From the NCBI GenBank assembly GCA_012295275.1, contig CM022674.1, positions 16,430,001 through 16,494,000 on the forward strand: a stretch of 64,000 nucleotides of DNA, given 5' to 3'. The number at the start of each line of letters is the position of its first letter. Position 1 is the stretch's first letter. The translations under genes and the position numbers were made by a program. The notes below the pieces were generated by a model that did no database searches, was not told the DNA's origin, and saw nothing but the letters and a program-made list of their open reading frames with translations. Shown here piece by piece: positions 12,795 through 27,783 of this stretch. The stretch is from Chrysomallon squamiferum. Its lineage: Eukaryota; Animalia; Mollusca.

Positions 12795-13407
12795 TGTGTA
12801 TGATTACGTATTTATCTTGTAAATTTGTTAGGAAACATTTCTTAAACGTAATTTGAGCTGTGAAAACAAATTAAGCAACTAAATGAAGAATGTTTGTCTG
12901 TCTTGCTGTGTGTACAACATGCTGTAACATGAATAATGCTGCTACTTCTTAAAATCGCAAATCATCCGACATTTGACACACGATTATGGATGATAAATAC
13001 GTTTAAATCGTTTGGGAAATCTTTTTCTATCATCAGTATGTAAGATGTAAGTAATTCAAGAAGAATAAGCCAAAATAATTCATCCTCAAACACAAGTCAT
13101 ATAACAGGAATCTTGGTCATCCATGACACTTTAGCGATGCATCGCCGAGATGACCGTGTTTCACGAGGTAAAGAATGCAATTAGCATGTTTGCAGCATCT
13201 TCATAAAATTTCAACGACAATAAGACACAAAATAATGAAAATAAATAACTAAAAATAAGAAACAACAAAAAAAACTACAAAAACAATATAGTATAAGTTT
13301 TCCTTACCAGCAATTGTAACCCAGTTTTTTGACATCTTCTCGCTCTGTCAATCAAATAGCAAGAAAATACTTTGTTTAGCTTTCAGACTAGTCCGGGCAT
13401 ACACTGT

Positions 13408-13446
<39 letters not shown>

Positions 13447-13455
13447 TTCATTCAT

Positions 13456-13514
<59 letters not shown>

Positions 13515-14761
13515 TTTTACTGTTCTGCTACAATTTTTTTTACCTATATTGGGAATTCGGGATTTAAAAAAAAAGGAAGAAGAAAAATAACGTGCCTAAC
13601 CAGAGCAAGCAGTTGCATTATTCTCTCAAGTTTAATCTTGTTTAGGTACTAAGGGCAGTTTGTTCTATCTCACTGGTTTAACTGAATACATTATTACAGG
13701 CACATGGGGAAAATGTCAGTCTATTTTCTAAGTGTGTCACGTTTCTGAAAGCTGATTTCAGGTTAAATGCAGAAAGATATTGGGTGGATTATCAGCAATG
13801 TTGAACAAAATTTTAATAGGACTGTACTTCAAAAATAAAACTGATATGAAATAAATATTTTAAATATATATTTACTTCTCTCATGTGTAAAGTTTCTTTA
13901 GTTAAATTAAGTAAGACTATGTAATAAAATAAAAATTTGACATCTAATCTACTGCAACACTTTAAGATGGAATAAACAAACGGGCACAGTAGTAGGAAGA
14001 AAGAAAAAGTAAATATGTTATTGTATTCACAGTCAAAATTAAATTTAAAAAAAAAAAGAGACAAAAAAACTGCCCACAAAAATTAACAGAACAATAAAAG
14101 TAAAATAAGTCAATAAATAATAAATAAAAAAGAATTAAAAAAACAAAACACTGAAAGAAAGAGAAATTGGATACGGACAAATGCCCTCCCAGTCAAAATA
14201 ATAATAATGATGATCATGATAATAATAATAAAATGTTATTATAATAATAATAATAATAATGTGTGTTTGTTTACATACTTATCTTGTAAAGTTGTTAGAA
14301 AACATTTCTAAACCGTAAAGTGAGCACTGAAAACAAATTAAACAACTAAATAAACAATGTTTGTGTGCCTTGCTGGGTGTACAACTTGCTGTGACATGAA
14401 TAATGCGACTACTACTTAAAATCGCAAATCATCCGACATTTCGACACACAATTATGGATGATAAATACCATTAAATCATTTGGGATATCCTTTTCTATGA
14501 TTCTTAAGTAAGATGTAAATAATTTAAGAATAATAAGCCAATATTATTCATCCTCAAACACAAGTCATATAAGAGGAATTTTGGTCCGCCATGACACTTT
14601 AGCGATACATCGCCGAGATTACCGTGTTTAACGAGGTAAAGAATACAATTAGTAAACCAAATCTTTGCCATCTCCTCGCTCTGTCAATCACCCACAATGA
14701 GCTACTTTGTTTAGCTCTCAGAGTAGTCCGGGCAGACACTGTTTATTTATTTCTTTATTTC

Positions 14762-14830
<69 letters not shown>

Positions 14831-15614
14831 TTGGTGTTCTGCTACAATTTCTTACCTCTATTCGGAATAAAAGTAATGTGGCTAACACGCTATTCTCTCA
14901 AGTTTAATCTTCTTTACGTACTAAGATCAGTTTGTTCTATCTCACTGGTTTAACTGAATACATTATTACAGGCACTTGGCGAAAATATCAGTCTGTTTTC
15001 TAAGTGCGTTACGTTTCTGAAAGCTGATTTCAGGCTAAAGTCAGAAAGATATTGGGTGGATTATCAGCAATGTTGAACGACATTATAATAGGACTGTACT
15101 TCAAAAAGTAAAACTGATATGAAATAAATATTTTAAATATACTTTTACTTCTCTCATATGTAAGGGATTTCTAATTAAATTAAGTAGGCCTAAGAAATTT
15201 TTCTAAAATTTGACGTCTAATCTACTGAAACACTTTGAGGTGGAAAAAACAAACGGAAAGAGTAGAAGGAACAAGGTTAAAAGTGTTATTATATTGACTG
15301 TTAATTTTAAATTAAAAATGACATTTTAGGCAAGACTCCCACAAAATATCTCTGAAGAATAAATATTTCAAATTACTTTTACTTCTCTCATCTGTAACGT
15401 TTGTAATAATTAAATAAAGTAGGCTTATGTAATAAAATCTGTTATTATATTGACTGTTAAATTTAAATCAAAAACAGATATTTTAGGCAAAACTACCACA
15501 AAATTAACTGAAAAATAAAAGTAAAACAAATATATAAATAAAAAATAAAAAAATAAAAAAATATAACACTGAACGAAATAGCAACTGAATACGGACAAAT
15601 GCCCTCCGATTATA

Positions 15615-15676
<62 letters not shown>

Positions 15677-17035
15677 TCATAATAATACTAACAATAATGC
15701 GTGTATGATTAAGTATTTATCTAGTAAAGATGTTAGGAAGCATATTTTAAACGTAATGTAACCTGTGAAAACAAATTAAACAACTAAATAAACAATGTAT
15801 GCCTGTCTTCCTGTATGTACAACTTGCTGTGACATGAATAACGCTACTTCTACTTAAAATCGCAAATCATCCGTCATTTGAGACACAGTTATGGATGATA
15901 AATAACATCAAATCATTTGGGAAATCTTTTTTCTGTCATTCTTATGTAAGATGCAAGTAATTTAAGAATAATAAGCCAATATAATCCATACTCAAACATA
16001 AGGCATATAACAGGAATTTTGGTCCGCCATGACACTTTAGCGATAAAACGCCGAGATGACCGTGTTTCACGAGGTAAAGAATACAATGAGCATGTTTGCA
16101 TCATCTTGATAACATTTCATACAATAAGATAAAAATACGAATAGTTTTTATACTGTGAAATAAATAACGAACCATCAGAAACTACAGAAAAACAACATAG
16201 TGTAAGTTTCCCTTACCAGCAGTAGTGACCCAAATGTTCCGCCATGTCGTCGCCCTGTGAATCACCCAGCAACAAACTACATTGTTTATCTTTCAGAGTA
16301 CTCCGACACACACTGTTTATTTATTTATTTATTTATTTATTTATTTTATTATTATTATTATTATTATTTTATTATTATTATTATTATTGTGATTATTATT
16401 ATTTCTGTTTCTGGTACAATTTTTTTACCTGTATTCGGAATAAAAGTAACATGACTAACACGCCATTCTTTCAAGTTTAGTCTTGTTCATGTACTAAGAG
16501 TAGATTGTTGTTCGCAACAGGTTCAGCTGAATACATTATCATAGTGACTTGGCGAAAATGACAGTCAATTTTCTGAAAGCTGATTTCAGGTTCAAGTCAG
16601 AAAGATATTCGGTGGATTATCAGCAATGTTGAATAAAATTATAATAGTACTGTATTTCAAAATTAAAACTGATATGAAATAAATATTGAACATTACTTTT
16701 ACTTCTCTCATCTGTAAGATTTGTTATAATTAAATAAACTATGCCTATGTAATAAAATAAAAATTTGACATCTAATCTACTGAAACACGTTAAGGTGGAA
16801 TAACCAAACGGGCACAGTAGTAGGAAGAAAGGTAAATCTGTTATTATATTGACATTTAAAATTAAATAAAGAAACAGACATTTTAGGCAAAACTACCATG
16901 AAATTAACAGAAAAATAAAAGTAAAAGAAACATATAAATAATAAATAAAAAAGAATACAAAAATATATAATACTGAAAGAAATAGAAACGATACGGACAA
17001 AAGCCCTCCCAGTATAAATAATAATAATAAAAATC

Positions 17036-17096
<61 letters not shown>

Positions 17097-17764
17097 TCAT
17101 AATAATACTAACAATAATGCGTGTATGATTAAGTATTTATCTAGTAAAGTTGTTAGGAAGCATGTTTTAAACGTAATGTGAATTGTGAAAACAAACTAAA
17201 CAACTAAATAAACAATGTTTGTGTGCCTTGCTGGGTGTACAACTTGCTGTGACATGAATAATGCTACTACTACTTAAAATTGCAAATCATCCGTCATTTG
17301 AGACACTGTTATGGATGATAAATAACATTAAATCATTTGGGAAATCTTTTTTCTGTCATTCTTATGTAAGATGCAAGGAAGTTAAGAAGAACAAGCCAAT
17401 ATAATCCATACTCAAACGCAAGGAATATAACAGGAATTGTATGTCCGCCATGACACTTTAGCGATACATCGCCGAGATGACCCTGTTTCATGAGGTAAAG
17501 AATACAATTTGCATGTTTGCATCATCTTGATAACATTTCATACAATAAGATAAAAATACGAATTGTTTTTATACTGTGAAATAAATAACGAACCATCAAA
17601 AACTAGAGAAAATCAACATAGTGTAAGTTTTCCTTACCAGCAGTAGTGACCCAAATGTTCCGCCATATCGTCGCCCTGTGAATCACCCAGCAACAAACTA
17701 CATTGTTTAGCTTTCAGAGTACTCCGACACACACTGTTTATTTATTTATTTATTTATTTATTTA

Positions 17765-17798
<34 letters not shown>

Positions 17799-18402
17799 TT
17801 ATTATTATTTTTGTTTTTGTTTCTGGTACAATTTTGTACCTATATTCGGAATAAAAGTAACACGACTAACGTGCCATTCTCTCAAGTTTAGTCTTGTTCA
17901 TGTACTAGGAGCAGTTTGTTCTACGCCACAGGTTCAGCTGAATACATTATCATTGTAACTTGGCGAAAATGACAGTCAATTTTCTGAAAGCTGATTTCGT
18001 GTTCAAGACTGAAAGATATTCGGTGGATTATCAACAATGTTGAATAAAATTATAATAGGACTGTACTTCAAAAGTAAAACTGATGTGAAATAAATATTAG
18101 TATTTTACTTTTACTTCTCTGAGGTGTAAGTTTTTTTTAAATTAAATTAAGTAGGCCTAAGAAATAAAATAAAAATGTTCCATCTAATCTACTGATAATA
18201 AACAAACGGGCAAAGTAGTAGGAAGAAAAGTAAATGTGCTATTATAGTGACTGTAAAAATTATATTAAAAAAAAAGTACATTTTAATCAAAACTGCCACA
18301 AAAACTAACTGAAGAATACAAGTAAAATAAATAAATATTAAATAAACAAACAAACAAACAACGAATAAGAAACTGGATACGGACAAATGCTCTCCCAGTC
18401 TA

Positions 18403-18448
<46 letters not shown>

Positions 18449-19053
18449 TTTGTATGATTACGTATTCATCTTGTAAAGTTGTTAGGAATCTTTTCTTAAA
18501 GGTAAAGAAAACAAATTAAAGAACTAAATAAACAATGTCCTCCTGTTTTGCTGCATGTACAACATGCTGTGACATGAATAATGCTACTCCTTCTAATTGC
18601 TAATCATCCGACATTCGTCACACAATTATGGACGATAAATACCATTAAATCATTTGCGACCTCATTTTTCTATGATTTTTGTGTAAGATGTAAGTAATTT
18701 AAGAAGAATAAGCCAACATAGTGCGTTCTCAAACGTAAGTCACATAACAGGAATTTTGGTCCGCCATCGCACTTTAAGGAGAAAACGTAGAGTTGACAGT
18801 GTTTCACGAGATAAAGAATACAATTAGCATGTTTGCAGCATCTTGATGAAATTTCAACACAATACGATAGAAATAATGTGAAATAAATAACTAACAATCA
18901 GAAACTACAAAAAAAAAAAAAACATAGTGTAAGTTCTCCTCACCAGCAGTAGTGACCCAAATCTTCCGACAAGTCGTCGCTCTGTGAATCAGCCAGCAAG
19001 AAACTACCTTGTTTACCTTTCAGAGTACTCCGAGTAGAAACTGTTTATATATT

Positions 19054-19140
<87 letters not shown>

Positions 19141-20349
19141 TTTTTGTTCTGCTACAATTTTTTACCTATATTCGGAATAAAAGTAACGTGCCTAACACGC
19201 TATTCTCTCAAGTTTAATCTTGTTTACGTACTAAGAGCAGTGTGTTCTATCTCACTGGTTTAACTGAATACATTATTACAGGCACATGGGGAAAATGTCA
19301 GTCTATTTTCTAAGTGTGTCACGTTTCTGAAAGCTGATTTCAGGTTAAAGTCAGAAAGATATTGGGTGGATTATCAGCAATGTTGAACAAAATTTTAATA
19401 GGACTGTACTTCAAAAATAAAACTGATATGAAATAAATATTTTAAATATATATTTACTTCTCTCATGTGTAAAGTTTCTTTAGTTAAATTAAGTAAGACT
19501 ATGTAATAAAATAAAAATTTGACATCTAATCTACTGCAACACTTTAAGATGGAATAAACAAACGGGCACAGTAGTAGGAAGAAAGTAAATATGTTATTGT
19601 ATTCACAGTCAAAATTAAATTTAAAAAAAAAAAAGAGAGACAAAACCCCCCAAAATTAACAGAACAATAAAAGTAAAATAAGTCAATAAATAATAAATAA
19701 AAAAGAATTAAAAAAACAAAACACTGAAAGAAAGAGAAATTGGATACGGACAAATGCCCTCCCAGTCAAAATAATAATAATGATGATCATGATAATAATA
19801 ATAAAATGTTATTATAATAATAATAATAATAATGTGTGTTTGTTTACATACTTATCTAGTAAAGTTGTTAGAAAACATTTCTAAACCGTTACGTGAGCAC
19901 TGAAAACAAATTAAACAACTAAATAAACAATGTTTGTGTGCCTTGCTGGGTGTACAACTTGCTGTGACATGAATAATGCGACTACTACTTAAAATCGCAA
20001 ATCATCCGACATTTCGACACACAATTATGGATGATAAATACCATTAAATCATTTGGGATATCCTTTTCTATGATTCTTAAGTAAGATGTAAATAATTTAA
20101 GAATAATAAGCCAATATTATTCATCCTCAAACACAAGTCATATAAGAGGAATTTTGGTCCGCCATGACACTTTAGCGATACATCGCCGAGATTACCGTGT
20201 TTAACGAGGTAAAGAATACAATTAGTAAACCAAATCTTTGCCATCTCCTCGCTCTGTCAATCACACACAATGAGCTACTTTGTTTAGCTCTCAGAGTAGT
20301 CCGGGCAGACACTGTTTATTTATTTCTTTATTTCTTTTATTTCTTATTC

Positions 20350-20384
<35 letters not shown>

Positions 20385-21179
20385 TATTATTATTATTTTG
20401 TTCTGCTACAATTTCTTACCTCTATTCGGAATAAAAGTAATGTGGCTAACACGCTATTCTCTCAAGTTTAATCTTCTTTACGTACTAAGATCAGTTTGTT
20501 CTATCTCACTGGTTTAACTGAATACATTATTACAGGCACTTGGCGAAAATATCAGTCTGTTTTCTAAGTGCGTTACGTTTCTGAAAGCTGATTTCAGGCT
20601 AAAGTCAGAAAGATATTGGGTGGATTATCAGCAATGTTGAACGACATTATAATAGGACTGTACTTCAAAAAGTAAAACTGATATGAAATAAATATTTTAA
20701 ATATACTTTTACTTCTCTCATATGTAAGGGATTTCTAATTAAATTAAGTAGGCCTAAGAAATTTTTCTAAAATTTGACGTCTAATCTACTGAAACAGTTT
20801 GAGGTGGAAAAAACAAACGGATAGAGTAGTAGGAACAAGGTTAAAAGTGTTATTATATTGACTGTTAAAATTAAATTAAAAATGACATTTTAGGCAAGAC
20901 TCCCACAAAATATCTCTGAAGAATAAATATTTCAAATTACTTTTACTTCTCTCATCTGTAACGTTTGTAATAATTAAATAAAGTAGGCTTATGTAATAAA
21001 ATCTGTTATTATATTGACTGTTAAATTTAAATCAAAAACAGATATTTTAGGCAAAACTACCACAAAATTAACTGAAAAATAAAAGTAAAACAAATATATA
21101 AATAAAAAATAAAACAAATAAAAAAATATAACACTGAACGAAATAGCAACTGAATACGGACAAATGCCCTCCCAGTATA

Positions 21180-21248
<69 letters not shown>

Positions 21249-21905
21249 TCATAATAATACTAACAATAATGCGTGTATGATTAAGTATTTATCTAGTAAA
21301 GATGTTAGGAAGCATATTTTAAACGTAATGTAACCTGTGAAAACAAATTAAACAACTAAATAAACAATGTATGCCTGTCTTCCTGTATGTACAACTTGCT
21401 GTGACATGAATAACGCTACTTCTACTTAAAATCGCAAATCATCCGTCATTTGAGACACAGTTATGGATGATAAATAACATCAAATCATTTGGGAAATCTT
21501 TTTTCTGTCATTCTTATGTAAGATGCAAGTAATTTAAGAATAATAAGCCAATATAATCCATACTCAAACATAAGGCATATAACAGGAATTTTGGTCCGCC
21601 ATGACACTTTAGCGATAAAACGCCGAGATGACCGTGTTTCACGAGGTAAAGAATACAATGAGCATGTTTGCATCATCTTGATAACATTTCATACAATAAG
21701 ATAAAAATACGAATAGTTTTTATACTGTGAAATAAATAACGAACCATCAGAAACTACAGAAAAACAACATAGTGTAAGTTTCCCTTACCAGCAGTAGTGA
21801 CCCAAATGTTCCGCCATGTCGTCGCCCTGTGAATCACCCAGCAACAAACTACATTGTTTATCTTTCAGAGTACTCCGACACACACTGTTTATTTATTTAT
21901 TTATT

Positions 21906-21950
<45 letters not shown>

Positions 21951-22325
21951 GTGATTATTATTATTTCTGTTTCTGGTACAATTTTTTTACCTGTATTCGG
22001 AATAAAATTAACATGACCTAACACGCCATTCTTTCAAGTTTAGTCTTGTTCATGTACTAAGTTCTGAAAACAGTTTTTCTAACAGGTTTATCTGAATACA
22101 TTATCATAGTGACTTGGCGAAAATGACAGTCAATTTTCTGAAAGTGTCATGATTTCAGAAAGTTCAAGTCAGAAAGATATTCGGTGGATTATCAGCAATG
22201 TTGAATAAAATTATAAAAGTACTGTATTTCAAAATTAAAACTGATATGAAATAAATAGAATAAATAAACGGGCACAGTAATAGGAAGAAAGGTGAATGTG
22301 TTATTATATTGACAGTTAAAATTAT
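11315..22325. repeat. Tandem array of eight ~1.33-1.47 kb units with a ~5.57 kb higher-order duplication
   Basis: Units start after (AAT)n at ~11348, 12793, 14260, 15698, 17118, 18447, 19833 and 21270. Each has a ggaattttggtccgccatgacactt-like core and gaaagatattgggtggattatca. Segment 13600-16690 is nearly identical to 19190-22250 (identical ORFs at 15913 and 21485). Confidence 0.95.
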
Positions 22326-24059
22326 ATAGAATATATATATGTGTGTATATCTAAGAGTCTCTTTCCTGCTAAATAATGAAGGAAAAAGAAAAGATGATTA
22401 TTAGCAGGGGTTTTGCCTCCATATTTATTTTTATTTTATTATTTTTCGTAGCTCCATATCGCTGTTGTAATTGCTATTCTTCCATTCTAACTAGTGCTCC
22501 ACGGTTGATGTGTTAGAACTCAGTAAGTTTTTATGGTATCAGTGAAACCGTCTGTTATCCCAGTTACCCAGAATGCAATGTTCGTCCCAGATATTACACA
22601 ATTTACTCTTGTATAAAAATCCATTGAGAAGAATTTATGAATTGCGTTATGAAGAAATGAACATACTCTGTCATTACTATTTATATGTAGTTGACTTCAC
22701 TAAGTTAAACTGTTAATAATGAGAGAGAGATCGTTTTCATTATAATACTTACTTAAGTTAAAACAAAGCAACTGACAGAGGTTTAACTGTTCATACTAGA
22801 ATATTAATTAATTTCCCAGTTATGAATCCCAACACAAAAGCCTTCAACGATAATCCCACGATCATGTTACATACACAAACAATCAAATAAAGTATTTTAT
22901 TAATATGATTTACTGAAAATGAAAATAAAAACTTCTTGAGTGCATAACAATCATACATGAAAATTTGCTGTAACTGTTTATCATAATAAAATATTTTAGA
23001 ACGCCACTCAGCAAAACTAACATGTCAAAGTATATAAAACATAGAAATACGTGTACGTTAATTAATATTAACACATGTTTACTAGATTAAAAATATACAT
23101 CTCAGATATAACGTAAAGAGAGTATGTAAACTGGTACAAAATTTATAAAAAATTAAAATTTTTATTTGCGTATACTAGAAGATATTTTCCTGAATTATTA
23201 AATTATCTTAAGTGATTATTGCACTAATGTTACAGGGGCTTGCTTTATCAATCAGTATAATGATTGTGTAACAGCTGTGATATAACAGATATTAGACAAG
23301 TGTTTGTATATTTAGATATACACATCACATTCAAACCAGTGGTCAATGATCGAGGTATGAAAGTTCAGTGTGTATATTTGTGTGTTTGTCTTTGTGTGTG
23401 TGTGTTGTTGCCAGTGTCATTAAAAGAAATAAATAAAAACTGAAAATGATATTAAACGTACACTTAAATCATTATTAATTTTCAAATGTGTTAACCCTTT
23501 CGATCCTGGTCATTATTATATTAAAAGCCATGAAATCAACACTATAAAACACATACTCCACAAACTAATAACCACAACATGAGGCTCTGTTATGAACGAA
23601 ATTGGTTGGGTGTAAAATTGAGCCATAGAGGTTAAATAATCAATCTTTCCAGAAAACCTGGAAATGAAAGCCTTTGGCTGATGTGTTGATATACTGTATA
23701 TATTTTATTACTATCTACATGACTGTAAATCCTCCGTCTTGTTATAACTGTAATAATTATGTTAAATTGTCTGTGAATGTCTCCTCGTATGCCGTATACT
23801 AAAACCTGAGTGTAGATAAAGTTCATTTCAAACAAATCGTAATAGGTTCGTTCTCACGAAAAAGCAACAAAAACTATTTTCAAAAAGGAAAAATTAATGT
23901 TTTGTCTATTTCTCTCAGAAAGAGCTTTCAGTGTCATTTGCTTGTGTAAGTTTGTATGAATTGTGCAGTATTATTGTTCACAGATTATACTGATTGTATG
24001 ATCATTGAAAACACATTTTCCCTACATAAAACTAATAACTATATTTGAACCATATTTTA

Positions 24060-24420
24060 AACTATTATTACCATGATGATCATGACAAATATTTTTTGCT
24101 ATATTAGTAATTTATATTAATGGTTAAAGTTAGGGTTAGGGTTAGAATTAGGGGTATTTAAATTTTATCATGAGTGCTATGGTAATGTACAAAATAATCT
24201 GAGGTTCATGATTGGAAGTAGCGTTAGGATAAGAATTAATTCCACGGACTTCGATAGGATGACGTTTAGAAGTTGAGCTAAGGTTAGGGTTAGAGTTAGG
24301 CTGAGTGTTATTTAAAATTTATTATGAATCTTGTGATAATCTGCAAAACTGTTTTTCTATCAGGTTTAATACTAGTGTTAGTATTAGAGGAGTTTCACGA
24401 CTTCGTTAGCGTTACGTTTA
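24060..24420. repeat. Two diverged ~160-bp units containing short TTAGGG-like runs
   Basis: gttagggttagggttagaattagggg at ~24128 and ggttagggttagagttagg at ~24282, each followed by tatttaaaattt(t)at and later acg(g)acttcg. Confidence 0.6.
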
Positions 24421-24944
24421 CTCTATCTCTAATAACAACATTAATTATCCTAAAAAATAATAAAGATAAAAATACAGATAAATAAATGCAAATAACTGAA
24501 ACTACTTTGTGTTACTTGTAAGTACATAATAGACACTACATTTACTTGTACAGTTAAAATATAGATCATATGTATTCGTCCACAATTACTTAATTATATC
24601 GTTTATTCCAATCGAGCTTATATTTCCCATTTGGTATAGTGCTGTATAATTTTAAAAATAAAACAATTAAAGCAAAGTTATGGAATATATAAAAGGAAAA
24701 ATAGCCAATCGATATGATTTATTTTATTTAAACTGGATTGTAACTGTTATAGATTTAAAGACAAATTTAATATAATTTACCCGATTTATAAGTTAATTTG
24801 TTTAATACTCATAATGTTTGTTATAATTGGTGTTATTATTTGTATCATCATCATTATTATTTGTCAGTATTCTTCTACTAATAACTATTAACTCATCAAG
24901 AACGAGAACTTTTCTATTTGACTAAATATGACTGGGAGACTTAC

Positions 24945-25047
24945 CTCCCTTATACGATGCTAAAGCCCTTCAAGGCCATAGTTTCATAAAAAAAGAATGA
25001 AACAGTTTCAGAGATCGAAACCGCCTGCTTGAAGGTATTCCCCATTG
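24945..25047 (-). pseudogene. Isolated degenerate tyrosine/aromatic amino acid decarboxylase exon
   Basis: Reads QWGIPSSRRFRSLKL...NYGLEGL*HRIRE|gtaag. Flanks 24450-25250 match intron sequence at 36430-37500. Confidence 0.8.
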
Positions 25048-25300
25048 CTGATAAATGAACACATTATTAATCTATTAATGTATTAAGAATACTTCAGAAA
25101 AAGTCTTTGTTTTATGATTCTATTGACCACACAATACTCTCCTATACAGATCAGGTACTGTAATTATATAAACAGTGAACGAATAACAAGATTGGATGAA
25201 AGAAAGGAGAAAAAGACAAATATAAAACATTATACAATTTTGAAATGCAGAGATAATTTTCTTTCTTAATTATTGGTTTTATTATTATTGTTGTTGTTGC

Positions 25301-25346
<46 letters not shown>

Positions 25347-26218
25347 GTTATTATTATTATTATTATTACTTGTGCATATTTTTACGATCATCATCATGAC
25401 AATCATCATCATTATTATTTTATTACGGAACAGCAGATTATTTTGTTCAGCTGAGAGCTCCTGCCAGGACCTATTTGAATTTAATGTTCTGTTTTGTGAT
25501 ATATATGTATAGTTTTATTTACCCCTATAGTTATATTTATTTATATAACTATATTACTTTTTCTACATGCTTAGCTATTTCTCTCTTTTTTTACACATAT
25601 CAGTGTTTTGTTTATTTGTTCTATTTACATGTACAAATATGTTGTTTTGTCTACGGGTGTAAATATAATTTTTATTTATCAATGTATTTATTTAAATAAA
25701 CATATTCTTCTATCTACATATGTAAATATGTTTTTACTTACATACATAAATGTGTTGTTTAATCAGTTTGTTGGCATTTCCTCTTTATAGATCCTTCCAT
25801 GTATTATTTATATCCATATTGTTCTTTGTCTGTATCTAAAAATATCTAAATTTATACTTGTACTAAACTATAGTTTGTGCCTATATCAATCTACTAATTA
25901 TGTTTGTGTCAAATTTTCTCATAACTTATATAAAAGCAATGTTTTTCTCTGCCTACAAAATAATTAATTTTTACCGGGAAAACAAATGTCATATTTATTC
26001 TTATTGTTATGTTTGTTTAGAATTTCGTATATTGATTTTAAGAATGTATTAGAATTTTATTTATTTATTTATTACTTTATTTATTTATGTTGTTTATTTA
26101 TTTATGTTCTTTTGTGTTGCTTGATTTGCATTAGAAACTTCGAATCTTACTTCCTCTTTTTCTTGTTATTCTTATAAATATGAGTATTATTGTTCTGGCT
26201 GTAGTTGTTTCAAATTAC

Positions 26219-26370
26219 CTGCATTTCTGCTGTATGTTTCAACTGACAAGCGATAAAAATCGTCTTCTCCAGTTATTGAGAAATCTTTGAAGATAACATA
26301 AGTAGTGCTTACTCTAAAATCTTCCAAGTCAATTTTTAGATCGTAGAATCCCTGTCTGGTCAATCGATTA
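26219..26370 (-). pseudogene. Truncated duplicate of FReP fibrinogen-domain exon 30543-30707
   Basis: Colinear with 30543-30690 (RLTRQGFYDLKIDLEDF...FYRLSVETYS); adjacent 25700-26210 matches intron 30050-30540. Confidence 0.8.
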
Positions 26371-26469
26371 ATAGTATTTATACTATATTATTTTTGTTAG
26401 CGTTGATTTATTGTTATTACTGTTATTATTCGTGTTATTCTTGCTACTGTTATAGTTGTTATTATCATA

Positions 26470-26960
26470 ACGACAAGGATAAAATTTGTCACTTTTTTTT
26501 TCATTTTCATTATATTTAAATGATTTAGCACTTTGTTCAGCCACAGAAGTCTGCAAAGGTATTCAATCTATAACAGGTTTTGTTGCGAAAAATATTAATC
26601 TATATCTTAAGATACGTGTTCTATTATATGCTGACGTTTTTACTGTACTATTAGGGAAACACAAAATGATTTACAACATCTATTGCATTGTTTTGAAATG
26701 TGTTGTAAAACATGGGAAATAAAAGTTAAAGCTGCGAAGTAAAAAATTAGCAAGAGGCAATTTAAATCTGTTTATGTAACATATATTCATGTGTCTGTTT
26801 GGTGGTTAAAATACGCTGTTAAAATAATTTTATATGATCACTTATCTTAAAAATGGAATACAGCAAAACTTGAGTCATCTAAAGGCGTTTAATAAACAAT
26901 GTTTGAATTAGAACATTCATTATATGTTAAAGCTGCAAATACTTTAACCCCCCCCCAAAA
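26470..26960 (+). mobile_element. Degenerate non-LTR retrotransposon (LINE) reverse-transcriptase fragment
   Basis: FSLYLNDL...YLKIRVLLYAD (YADD-like motif); homologous to 32960-33250. Confidence 0.7.
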
Positions 26961-27735
26961 AAAAAACTATTATATATCTACGTTAACCTATTGCAACGAT
27001 AAATAAAGTTGTATCTATGCTTAGAATAGGAAAACACATGTATGTATATGGAAATAAACAAAATGTTATACATCTTAACTTATGGGAAAAATAATCAAAA
27101 TTATATTTTTGTTAACCTCTGGGAAAAAATAACAGAGTTATATTTACGTATATCCAAGTACAGTGTAAACGCCGTATATTTATGTTTAGACAGAGATAGT
27201 AGAAACAAAGCTTATGTAACGTAAACTCATATGTGGTATAAATAACATAAATACTTACCACGCAAAAGATCAGTTAACATTACACACAATAAAAATATCT
27301 GCCATGCAACGCAGTTCTTCATATTTTGTGCCGCTTACACTTAGTATGTTAACGTCTTGCTTGCAAATTTGTAACGAAAGTAATCCACGTAGTAAAGAAT
27401 CGTAGCAGGTTAACTGTTCTGTAGTAAAATATTAAAGTTGATGCACCAGGAATTATATACACCTTAAGCATGAAAACTTATATGCCACCTTCATAACTGG
27501 ACCGTACGATAAACGAAAGGCTATGTTATATCTCTGCCACTATTATTACTATGATATAATTATATTGTGAGTCAAATAAAAAAAAGGAAACAAGGATCAA
27601 CATTTAGTTTTTATAGAGGTAGAATAGTAATCGTGAGAACTCAGCAAGAGCAAAGAGAAGTTGTTCTGCATCTACATATATATACGCACATGTACATAAA
27701 TACATATACATATATACATGTATGTGTGTGCGTGC

Positions 27736-27783
<48 letters not shown>

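Noticed and set aside
11315-22325. CRISPR-like array, or protein-coding repeats from recurring ORFs such as MMQTCSLYSLPRETRSS
   Set aside because: Units are ~1.4 kb with no short repeat/unique spacer pattern; the ORFs are not preserved across diverged units and many are microsatellite translations.
24120-24300. Interstitial telomere or chromosome fusion site
   Set aside because: Only a few degenerate TTAGGG units inside a small local repeat, in one orientation.
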